Shown here piece by piece: positions 18,554-25,313 of a DNA stretch of 25,313 nucleotides (its first letter is position 1; the number at the start of each line of letters is the position of its first letter). The translations under genes were made by a program, and so were the position numbers. The notes beneath the pieces are model-generated. The model worked only from the letters and a program-made list of their open reading frames with translations, did no database searches and had not been told where the DNA came from. The stretch spans positions 1 through 25,313 of IMG/VR virus record IMGVR_UViG_3300037484_000096. One strand, 5' to 3'. The DNA comes from a virus (taxonomy: Duplodnaviria > Caudoviricetes).

Positions 18554-18996
18554 TTTTGCAGTATCGCCTTTGTCATTATAATTTTACCGGGCATATCTAT
18601 GTCGACTAATTCAATTATTCTAAAATCGCCTTTGAATCCATAACGCTGATTAAGTAAATGCCATGCATAATTCTTACTGCTTGAAAAATACTCAAATGAA
18701 TTGATATTCCAGAAAGAAACATGCGAAGGATCTTGAAAAGCACCTCTCCCGTCTGTAGAAGGCACATATATTTCAGCCTGCCCGCCGAATTTTAATATCT
18801 TATACAGCTCATTCATCGTATGAATTTTATCCGTAAGATGCTCAAATATATTTGACGCAAGAACGTAATCAACACTGCCAGAATCAATGAAATCCCAGCT
18901 ATTATTAAGATCGGCAATAACATCAGCATCCACAAGATCGACATTGATAAATCCTTCTTTCTTTTCAAATCCGCACCCCAAGTTAAGTTTAATCAT
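18550..18996 (-). CDS. Class I SAM-dependent methyltransferase (small type)
   Basis: KLNLGCG motif I, INVD, FEHL, ELYKILK.GG, AFQDPSHV. Confidence 0.9.
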   Translation of the reverse strand: MIKLNLGCGFEKKEGFINVDLVDADVIADLNNSWDFIDSGSVDYVLASNIFEHLTDKIHTMNELYKILKFGGQAEIYVPSTDGRGAFQDPSHVSFWNINSFEYFSSSKNYAWHLLNQRYGFKGDFRIIELVDIDMPGKIIMTKAILQK

Positions 18997-20675
18997 AATA
19001 TATTATCGTGTCCCCTCTCTATTCCATGCTCTATATGGTTGCATTTTATTTTATTATAGTTTGCTAATTTAAAACTGTTTCCGTTCCTGTTTGAATCGTA
19101 ACAAATCCACGCATCCGGGAACGCTCCCAGATTATCAGTACTCCATCGAAAAGGTATCTTTTCAATTACTTCCCGCTTATATAAAGCACATCCTGAAAGC
19201 ACATGATCAATCGGAATTAAATTATTATTTGTATCATCAAATAATGCTTCCTGTCCTCTGAAACTGATATAATATAGACCGCCTATTATATCAGCCTTGT
19301 CTACAACTTCCATGAAATAATTAAGCCAGTTCTTTTCCCGTGGGATAACGTCCGTTTCGAGTGTTATGAAGTATTCACAATCTGTCTTTAAAAATTCATC
19401 CCGTAGCAATGTTAAACTGTCGGTAACATTTCGTAAAAATAACGTCTTTTCGTCTTCTCTGTTTACATCGATATGATAAAAATAATCTATTGTACCTTTA
19501 TATTTATTTTTTAACTTTTCAAAATAATCTATCAGAAGTGTATTGTCAACCAAACATATTTTAGCATCTGCAACATTACTATTTAATAACGTATTAAAGA
19601 ACTGATCATCACAATATGACTTGCATTCGTTCGTATACAAGGCAATAAAGCATTTACTTAAATCAAAATTATATTTCTTTGTGTCCTGTTTTATTATCGG
19701 ACATTCATAATCCTGTATGTTTTCAAGTATTTTTGTTCTTTGTTTATTGACTTTGCTTAATAGTAAGTTTGCTTTTATGTACTCGTAAGACGCTTTATAA
19801 TTTTTTTCACGCTTTTCGGGATCGTCAATTAACGCCTGAAGTTTAACTCCGAAATCTTCTCTGTTCTCGTAGTTAATTATGCCCGGTTTAATCCATTCTT
19901 CCACCTTAGGCGCGATCGTACACGCGCCCGCGTATGTAGCCTCTAACCAGCCGCAATTGCTCTTTGCCTCGTTAAACGCACACGGATAAAGCGGCACTAT
20001 ATAGATTGCCGGGTTAATGCTTTTTATTCGGCTAAAGTATGGTATTATGTTTAGTTCGGGATGTTCTTTTTTATTTGCGATAGGTTCTGTAATATACCAT
20101 ATATCCTTCCCTATGAAATTCCATTCCCAGTCTTTATTAATTGCGGCTGTATCAACTAACATTTTCTGATAATACAGGATATCTTTTCTATGTGTTATAC
20201 TTCCACGCCACAATATTTTCTGGTTTTCAGATGGGTTATATTTAAAGTCAAAATTATAGTCATTAAACGCATTTGGTATTATTTCGATATTCTTATTGTA
20301 CTTCTGAAGCTGTTCTTTAAGTGCTATTGTCGGAACTGTGACTACATCAGATAGGCTAAGGCATTTAATAATTACTTCCTGTGTAGTTTTGTTTGTCAGA
20401 AACGAAAACATCGGATTCCATGTCGGTATTTCCAGTAAGTTGTCATCATAGTCTACCCATATTTTAACACCATAGTCTTTAGCGTACTTTATAGCCAGCA
20501 AGTGATTCTCTGTTATAGGTCTTTCAAAGAATATACAGTCAACGTCATTGATATTATACCAGTCAAATTCTCCGGTTGAATCTATTTGTAAATCTTTGAT
20601 CTTCTGAAATACGCCTAAAGACCGGTAGTAAGAACAAGCACCGTGTGGCTGTGTGGTTATGAGTTTAATTTTCAT
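18993..20675 (-). CDS. Two-domain glycosyltransferase (GT-B/GT4-like N-terminal, GT-A/GT2-like C-terminal)
   Basis: N-terminal: CSYYR, VDYDDNL, SDVVTVPT, IIPNAF, WRGSITH..D, FNEAKSN...LEAT. C-terminal (after ~aa 335): FITLETDVIP, SGCALYKREVIEKIPFR, FPDAW, CNH. Confidence 0.85.
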   Translation of the reverse strand: MKIKLITTQPHGACSYYRSLGVFQKIKDLQIDSTGEFDWYNINDVDCIFFERPITENHLLAIKYAKDYGVKIWVDYDDNLLEIPTWNPMFSFLTNKTTQEVIIKCLSLSDVVTVPTIALKEQLQKYNKNIEIIPNAFNDYNFDFKYNPSENQKILWRGSITHRKDILYYQKMLVDTAAINKDWEWNFIGKDIWYITEPIANKKEHPELNIIPYFSRIKSINPAIYIVPLYPCAFNEAKSNCGWLEATYAGACTIAPKVEEWIKPGIINYENREDFGVKLQALIDDPEKREKNYKASYEYIKANLLLSKVNKQRTKILENIQDYECPIIKQDTKKYNFDLSKCFIALYTNECKSYCDDQFFNTLLNSNVADAKICLVDNTLLIDYFEKLKNKYKGTIDYFYHIDVNREDEKTLFLRNVTDSLTLLRDEFLKTDCEYFITLETDVIPREKNWLNYFMEVVDKADIIGGLYYISFRGQEALFDDTNNNLIPIDHVLSGCALYKREVIEKIPFRWSTDNLGAFPDAWICYDSNRNGNSFKLANYNKIKCNHIEHGIERGHDNIL

Positions 20676-20896
20676 TTACTCTTTTTGTCCTTTTTTATCT
20701 TGTTTATTAAATCAATAAAACGCCTGCACAACATACGCCATTCATATTCACTTGATATAACAAGTCCAGTTGCACATAATTCATTCCATTTATCCTCATC
20801 CATTTTTAATTCAATATGAGTAACCATCTTATTCATCATTGTAATAAATTCATCTTCAAAAGTTTTCTTATGTTTTTTTCTGAATAAGCTAAACAT
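20672..20896 (-). CDS. Hypothetical protein (74 aa)
   Basis: RBS AGGAG; ATGA overlap with the next gene. Confidence 0.65.
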   Translation of the reverse strand: MFSLFRKKHKKTFEDEFITMMNKMVTHIELKMDEDKWNELCATGLVISSEYEWRMLCRRFIDLINKIKKDKKSK

Positions 20897-20908
20897 TCTA
20901 TTCTCCTT

Positions 20909-21676
20909 TTATTCTATTACTGGCTCAGAATTACAGCGGCAACGATAATCCTCCGATGGATGTTTTGCCCCTGGTTTCGTTAATAATCCCGTATATGCAG
21001 CACCTGACTTCCATGTAAACTTTCCTATTTTTTCAAGCTCAATATGTGCATCTCTTACGGCATTATCGCCCATAGTTTTCCACATATATTCAGTTATTCC
21101 TACAGAAGTTTGTCTTACTCTTGTAAATTCTGAATATGCGTCCCCTACTTGGTCAGAAGCATAAAACTTTGCTTTATTCTTATTCCCGTCCGTAAACTTC
21201 AGCATCTCATAAGCCAAGTCCTTCCGGCTACCGCCTTCCAGAAACGTCTTACTTGCCAGTGATGTAATCTCCGGTATGTACTGTTTTCCTAATGCCTGAA
21301 CAAGCTCTATATTCTTTTTAACGTATCCCTGCATAAACTCTTGTATGATAGGATCGTCTTTCTCAAACATAATTGAGAAGAACTTATTCCGGTTCTTTCT
21401 CATTGCCTGATTGATATAGTTTTTTAATTTTGAATATGCCCAGGCGTCAAGTAGTTTCCCGATGTTCCCGAATTGCACTGACAGAAATTCAGTTGTTAAA
21501 TATAGCTTTGTTAATTCTGCGTAAATAGAGTTCTCTATTTCTGCGAATTTAGCGGAGTCAAGGTTATCGTATTCATCCTTGACTTTCTTGTTTATGGCTC
21601 TTGATAGTTTCCCTATAGATTCAGCGTATATTTGTTCCTGCTGTTTCTCTATATGGAGAGGGTATTGACTGTTCAT
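20909..21676 (-). CDS. MuF / SPP1 gp7-like minor head protein
   Basis: AKFYASDQVG, RQTSVGITEYMWKTMGDNAVRDAH, HPSEDYRCRCNSEPV. Confidence 0.92.
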   Translation of the reverse strand: MNSQYPLHIEKQQEQIYAESIGKLSRAINKKVKDEYDNLDSAKFAEIENSIYAELTKLYLTTEFLSVQFGNIGKLLDAWAYSKLKNYINQAMRKNRNKFFSIMFEKDDPIIQEFMQGYVKKNIELVQALGKQYIPEITSLASKTFLEGGSRKDLAYEMLKFTDGNKNKAKFYASDQVGDAYSEFTRVRQTSVGITEYMWKTMGDNAVRDAHIELEKIGKFTWKSGAAYTGLLTKPGAKHPSEDYRCRCNSEPVIE

Positions 21677-21685
21677 TATTTAATT

Positions 21686-21931
21686 TTAGATTTTCCATCC
21701 CATTATTTCAGCATAATGCTTATCCATAGAAACAGGTTCACCGTGATTAAATTCATAATCTTTAGCTTCTTTTAACAGTCCTAACCATTCTCTTAATTCA
21801 AACGATGGATTGAATATATGCATATCGATTGCTTTTATTTCACCGCATAGCGGACAAATATAGCTCATCCCTAAAAATTTAGGCTCATCTATTTCCACTA
21901 ATGACTTATGATTTATACAAACAGCTTCCAT
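21686..21931 (-). CDS. Hypothetical protein (81 aa), possible Zn ribbon
   Basis: Strong RBS AAGGAGG; CxxH and CPLC motifs. Confidence 0.65.
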   Translation of the reverse strand: MEAVCINHKSLVEIDEPKFLGMSYICPLCGEIKAIDMHIFNPSFELREWLGLLKEAKDYEFNHGEPVSMDKHYAEIMGWKI

Positions 21932-22074
21932 TATTCAACCTCCTTATTTCTTATTTTTTCTAAAAAAGATTCACTTACGTCATCATAATATTTTACTTTA
22001 TTACCTTTTTTAATAAGCTTCATCAATTTCTTTTCAATAATTAAATTTAATATTTTTTTAATTATGAAATTCAT
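21931..22074 (-). CDS. Hypothetical 47-aa basic protein (not in the ORF track)
   Basis: Hand translation MNFIIKKILNLIIEKKLMKLIKKGNKVKYYDDVSESFLEKIRNKEVE*. RBS GAGG; TAATG overlap with the next gene. Confidence 0.55.
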   Translation of the reverse strand: MNFIIKKILNLIIEKKLMKLIKKGNKVKYYDDVSESFLEKIRNKEVE

Positions 22075-22086
22075 AATTTTTCCTCA

Positions 22087-22278
22087 TTATTCATTGACTG
22101 GCTTTATGTCTGGTTCTGGTTGTACTACTTCTAATTTTCTTTTTGCTTCGCTTTCAAGTTTAAATATTTGTGGCGCAATCTTGTTATACTCCTCTGTCAA
22201 CTTTGCAATTTCACTTTGTTTAAAGTCTATTGCTGCCCTGATGTCAAATGCCTTACCTTTCAATTCTTGTAAATCCAT
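22087..22278 (-). CDS. Hypothetical coiled-coil protein (63 aa)
   Basis: RBS AGGAGG; heptad-like helical sequence. Confidence 0.65.
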   Translation of the reverse strand: MDLQELKGKAFDIRAAIDFKQSEIAKLTEEYNKIAPQIFKLESEAKRKLEVVQPEPDIKPVNE

Positions 22279-22285
22279 AATCCTC

Positions 22286-22648
22286 CTATGCTGCTAATAG
22301 CAGTAGTAATTTAATAGACTCACCCTCATCGTAGTAGTCTTGTGTGGTTTCTATGCTGATGTTATTGGATTCTATTTTAAGCTGTAGTGCCTCACATAAT
22401 ACTTCCGTATCTGAATGAGTTTCTATTTCTATGTTGTTTAATTCAACCTTAATAACGATAGGTAAAATTTCAACAACTATATTTTCTATTACCTGTTTTT
22501 TTTCTTCAGGTTTAAGCTTTATTTCTTCAGGCTGTTTCCTACGTCTGTAAGATGCGCCGCCTCCGCTTCTGGCAGTAGAAATAATTTGTGATTCTACTCC
22601 AGTATCAAATATTTTAGGATCGAAAATTTTGAGATCAAATAGTCTCAT
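22286..22648 (-). CDS. Hypothetical protein (120 aa), possibly virion-associated
   Basis: N-terminal FDLKIFDPKIFD repeat, GGG linker, acidic then hydrophobic C-terminus (DEGESIKLLLLLAA). Confidence 0.6.
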   Translation of the reverse strand: MRLFDLKIFDPKIFDTGVESQIISTARSGGGASYRRRKQPEEIKLKPEEKKQVIENIVVEILPIVIKVELNNIEIETHSDTEVLCEALQLKIESNNISIETTQDYYDEGESIKLLLLLAA

Positions 22649-22658
22649 CTGAATACCC

Positions 22659-22770
22659 TATAAGTAAGTTGTACATGTGTATGGAGAGCAAAATCCCCAA
22701 ACGGATCATAACGTGTTCCCCAAACGGATCATAACTAGTTCTCTCCATACGCATGTACAACTTACTTATA
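22659..22770. mobile_element. 112-bp TA-bounded inverted-repeat element (MITE-like, or a long RNA hairpin)
   Basis: Arms 22659-22688 (TATAAGTAAGTTGTACATGTGTATGGAGAG) and 22741-22770 (CTCTCCATACGCATGTACAACTTACTTATA) are reverse complements at 29/30 positions. The inverted repeat is certain; the MITE call is inference. Confidence 0.6.
22694..22735. repeat. Two identical 19-bp direct repeats inside the inverted-repeat element
   Basis: TCCCCAAACGGATCATAAC at 22694-22712 and 22717-22735 (period 23). Confidence 0.95.
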
Positions 22771-23923
22771 CTAATTTTAGCATTGTATAATGTCCGATAT
22801 ATGTATCCAATGCAGCCTCTCTTTTCCATACTCCGTATCGCCTGACAGAAATATATCTTTTTGAAAAATTAGTTACAATATTTGTATTTATATTCCGCAA
22901 CCGTACATGATAACTTCCGCGATAGCCCGGATTTATTATTAAATTAGCCTGATAAGATCGATAAGGATTTAAATTACTATTGTGTCCGGGACTCAAAGAC
23001 CCCTGCCCTGAATGACTATTAACATTTCCTGCCTTGTATAACTCAATGCGCCATCCGAGAGCAGATAGATTAAAATTTACAGGATACTCTGATAATTTCG
23101 TATATTTAGAAAATGTTTTGGCAATTGTACGATCTTGATAAACAGCATCATATTCATATTGTCCTATTTCTGTAACAGACGTAATATGCTTCATTGTGCC
23201 ACCATCTAAAATCTTAGAGGTTATTATTTTATTTCGCCTATCATCAGTATCCCAAAATCTTAATAGTGGTTCATATAGACTATATCTTTCGGTATATTCC
23301 AAAGAGTAAGTAGTACCTGTTAAATCGATTATACGTATATTGTCCCTCATTGTATCATCATTGCCAATAACTAATGCACCCCACGCCCACCCCACGCCAT
23401 AAACCATTTCAACGCCGTCTTTATAAACTTTTGTATATTCAGGAGCAGATTTGTTATTTTCCGTAAACATAAAATAATCAATTTTTAAATACTTATTCGT
23501 ATCCGATCCAGTTATTAAATTTACTTTTAAAACTGTTTTAGTTATTATTTTATGAGAATTTAAACCGGTATCAATTAAATTACCAATAGCATTTAAACCT
23601 GCAAAATTATACATATCAGACGGAACTATTTTATCTGTCTTAACATCAAGATTATCTTTAACTAATTTTTCAGACGGATAATGTATGTTATCTGGTATGG
23701 CCTGAAAAGATGTCCGTAAATTAGCCACGTTCTCCGGTGTATATCCGAGTGCCGGTTGAAATCCAGTATGCCCCGCCGATGCATAATCTAAATCATCAAG
23801 ATCGGCATGAGATATATTTATCCCGTCCATATCAAAATCATGTTCCTGATTCCATTCATCTTTACTTACATCATAATTCGGATCGTCTACAAGTGACGTT
23901 ATTTTCTTATGCTTTATTGACAT
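22766..23923 (-). CDS. Fibre-like virion protein in the head module (possible head fibre)
   Basis: Fibre-shaft-type motifs WNQEH, SHADLDDLDYASAGHTGF, LGYTPENVAN, YPSEKLVKD, NFAGLNAIGNLIDTG, followed by an unrecognised globular C-terminal region. Confidence 0.6.
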   Translation of the reverse strand: MSIKHKKITSLVDDPNYDVSKDEWNQEHDFDMDGINISHADLDDLDYASAGHTGFQPALGYTPENVANLRTSFQAIPDNIHYPSEKLVKDNLDVKTDKIVPSDMYNFAGLNAIGNLIDTGLNSHKIITKTVLKVNLITGSDTNKYLKIDYFMFTENNKSAPEYTKVYKDGVEMVYGVGWAWGALVIGNDDTMRDNIRIIDLTGTTYSLEYTERYSLYEPLLRFWDTDDRRNKIITSKILDGGTMKHITSVTEIGQYEYDAVYQDRTIAKTFSKYTKLSEYPVNFNLSALGWRIELYKAGNVNSHSGQGSLSPGHNSNLNPYRSYQANLIINPGYRGSYHVRLRNINTNIVTNFSKRYISVRRYGVWKREAALDTYIGHYTMLKLV

Positions 23924-24246
23924 TATCCAATCCTTATTAAATCTTCAGGGAATTTAATTGTAAAGTCACCGTTTATTGACTGATGCTCTTTGCCAAAATC
24001 AATCGTACAAACTACATTACTATATTTCTCATTGCTTATCTTTGCGGAGTCTGCTTTGATATTTGAATTGTTCCATGTCACCGAATTAAACGTAATAATT
24101 AAACTGTCTTTATATGTTATCCGGCTTTGTAACTGCGCTTTAATACCAACTTCTTTTCCTTTGTAAAATAAAGTAATAGCATAATCAGTCACAGGAATTA
24201 ACGACATTAACCATTCTAAATTTAAGTTAGCTTTCAATTTCTTCAA
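23923..24246 (-). CDS. Putative virion structural protein (107 aa)
   Basis: C-terminal F..VTW.NS.I.A..A.I.......VV..IDFG....S.NGDFTIKFP resembles a recurring phage structural family. TTG start; TAATG coupling to the next gene. Confidence 0.55.
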   Translation of the reverse strand: MKKLKANLNLEWLMSLIPVTDYAITLFYKGKEVGIKAQLQSRITYKDSLIITFNSVTWNNSNIKADSAKISNEKYSNVVCTIDFGKEHQSINGDFTIKFPEDLIRIG

Positions 24247-24252
24247 CCTATG

Positions 24253-24426
24253 TTAATCTATAATTATTGATTTATTAATAAAATCTATCCATTCTTTATT
24301 ACAGAAATTTAATCTATCATCTATATTCGGATATTTTATAATTAAATCTTCATCTTCCATTAACATTTTAATATATTGATTTTTCATTTTTGAATTATTT
24401 ATTTCTATATTTTTTTCTTTATCCAT
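24253..24426 (-). CDS. 57-aa protein resembling the N-terminal domain of the DUF2213 protein (not in the ORF track)
   Basis: Hand translation MDKEKNIEINNSKMKNQYIKMLMEDEDLIIKYPNIDDRLNFCNKEWIDFINKSIIID*. Its start overlaps the upstream stop, with AAGGA upstream. Confidence 0.65.
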   Translation of the reverse strand: MDKEKNIEINNSKMKNQYIKMLMEDEDLIIKYPNIDDRLNFCNKEWIDFINKSIIID

Positions 24427-25312
24427 TTTCTTTATCCTTTTTATTTATCCTTTTATAAGATGTCATTTTTATTACAGGTTCACCATCCGAACCCGTTCCT
24501 ATTTGTTCCCCGAATATTTTATATTTAGGTCTATCCTGAACCGAATATAAAGAAGCTTGCGATTGTCCAGTAGTTTCATGATAAATCGAACCACTTTTAC
24601 CTATGTATGATTTAAATACCGATACCCCTTTTTCTGGAATATTATCTCTATAATTATATGATATTCCATTTTTAGGAGGTTTGCCATATCTTATCCAAGC
24701 TGGCTCTGCTGACGCAATATCTTCTTTTATTTTTTCTCTTTCTTTTTGATATGCTTCTCTTGATGATATATGTTCAAAATCTCCTCTTGTTTCACCATGA
24801 TATGCAGAATATCCAAAACTTTTAACTTCCCATCCTTCTTTTTGCATTTCTTCTTTAATTTTATTTAATTCAATTGGATCTTCTGTATATTTCCATTTTT
24901 TATCGGGTATATCCCCAACCCCTTTTAATGCTAAATGTCCTTCCTCTTCCCCATATCTACCAAATGTTGAAATACTTGCTTCATATACAGGCTCTCCTAA
25001 TGAATTTTTATAAATTTTATTTTTACCACCACTGCCAAATCTTCCACTTTTAGGATCGTGTATTTCATTATAATCAAACTTATTATCAATTTCCTCTATA
25101 ATCCCACCGTTTATTTTACCTTTACTATCTGTTGTTATCTTGATTGTTTTCTTAATCTTTATTTTCTCCGGCTGTTTAGTATTGTCAATGTTAACTTCTA
25201 TAGGGAATATCTGCACTGTTTGTTTTTCTTCTCTGATGTCGGCTTTATCTGCTTTGATGGGTTCTTCTTTCTTCTCAACTTCTTTTTCTTTTAACTTCTT
25301 TTCGAGTATCTT
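24419..25312 (-). CDS. 5'-truncated large gene, probably the portal C-terminal extension with an ART-like domain
   Basis: The frame stays open from the track's GTG (25216) to the window edge (KILEKKLKEKEVEKKEEPIKADKADIREEKQT), so the true start lies outside. Contains HDPKSGRFGSGG and IRYG...GVSVF...GSDGEP. The portal identity is inferred from synteny only. Confidence 0.55.
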   Translation of the reverse strand, partial: KILEKKLKEKEVEKKEEPIKADKADIREEKQTVQIFPIEVNIDNTKQPEKIKIKKTIKITTDSKGKINGGIIEEIDNKFDYNEIHDPKSGRFGSGGKNKIYKNSLGEPVYEASISTFGRYGEEEGHLALKGVGDIPDKKWKYTEDPIELNKIKEEMQKEGWEVKSFGYSAYHGETRGDFEHISSREAYQKEREKIKEDIASAEPAWIRYGKPPKNGISYNYRDNIPEKGVSVFKSYIGKSGSIYHETTGQSQASLYSVQDRPKYKIFGEQIGTGSDGEPVIKMTSYKRINKKDKENG

Positions 25313-25313
25313 G

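Noticed and set aside
20909-21676. MuF polymorphic toxin
   Set aside because: MuF ends right after the CRC motif with no C-terminal extension.
22694-22735. Possible mini CRISPR array
   Set aside because: Only two 19-bp repeats with a 4-bp gap; no spacer-sized sequence and no cas genes.
22635-22829. 64-aa ORF spanning the inverted-repeat element
   Set aside because: It mostly translates the repeat element. Its last codons (GYSDETI) are better explained as the displaced end of the 385-aa gene.
1663-25294. Short plus-strand ORFs in the track (1663, 3495, 3803, 7935, 9219, 10580, 13056, 13388, 14826, 16083, 18887, 22064, 23737, 25058)
   Set aside because: All lie antisense to well-supported minus-strand genes and show no recognisable motifs; treated as shadow ORFs.
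1-25313. Stop-codon reassignment, tRNA or rRNA genes
   Set aside because: Genes are full length and tightly packed under the standard bacterial code, with TAA, TGA and TAG all used as stops. No cloverleaf or rRNA-like sequence was recognised in the few intergenic gaps.

Overview
A 25.3-kb, AT-rich segment of a contractile-tailed (myovirus-type) phage or prophage morphogenesis operon. Nearly all genes are on the minus strand and tightly packed. In transcription order (right to left): the 3' part of a probable portal gene with a C-terminal cargo domain; small and fibre-like head-region genes; a MuF minor head protein; a six-gene enzyme cassette (two-domain glycosyltransferase, SAM methyltransferase, GT17-like, two radical SAM enzymes, GT2-like); a small DUF2292-like ORF and an intrinsic terminator; then DUF2213-type protease/scaffold, decoration protein, DUF2184-type major capsid, neck genes, sheath, tube, tail chaperone pair, tape measure, baseplate genes (with a free-standing GIY-YIG/NUMOD3 endonuclease inserted) and tail fibre. 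One convergent plus-strand gene encodes a lipoprotein with a transglutaminase-like Cys-His-Asp triad. Highlights: (1) the glycosylation/radical-SAM cassette inside the head module; (2) a 112-bp TA-bounded element with 30-bp inverted arms and two internal 19-bp direct repeats, whose removal restores a longer reading frame; (3) an R-S-E ADP-ribosyltransferase-like domain on the probable portal; (4) a small ORF plus terminator directly in front of the capsid genes. All family names come from motif recognition and gene order, not from database searches.
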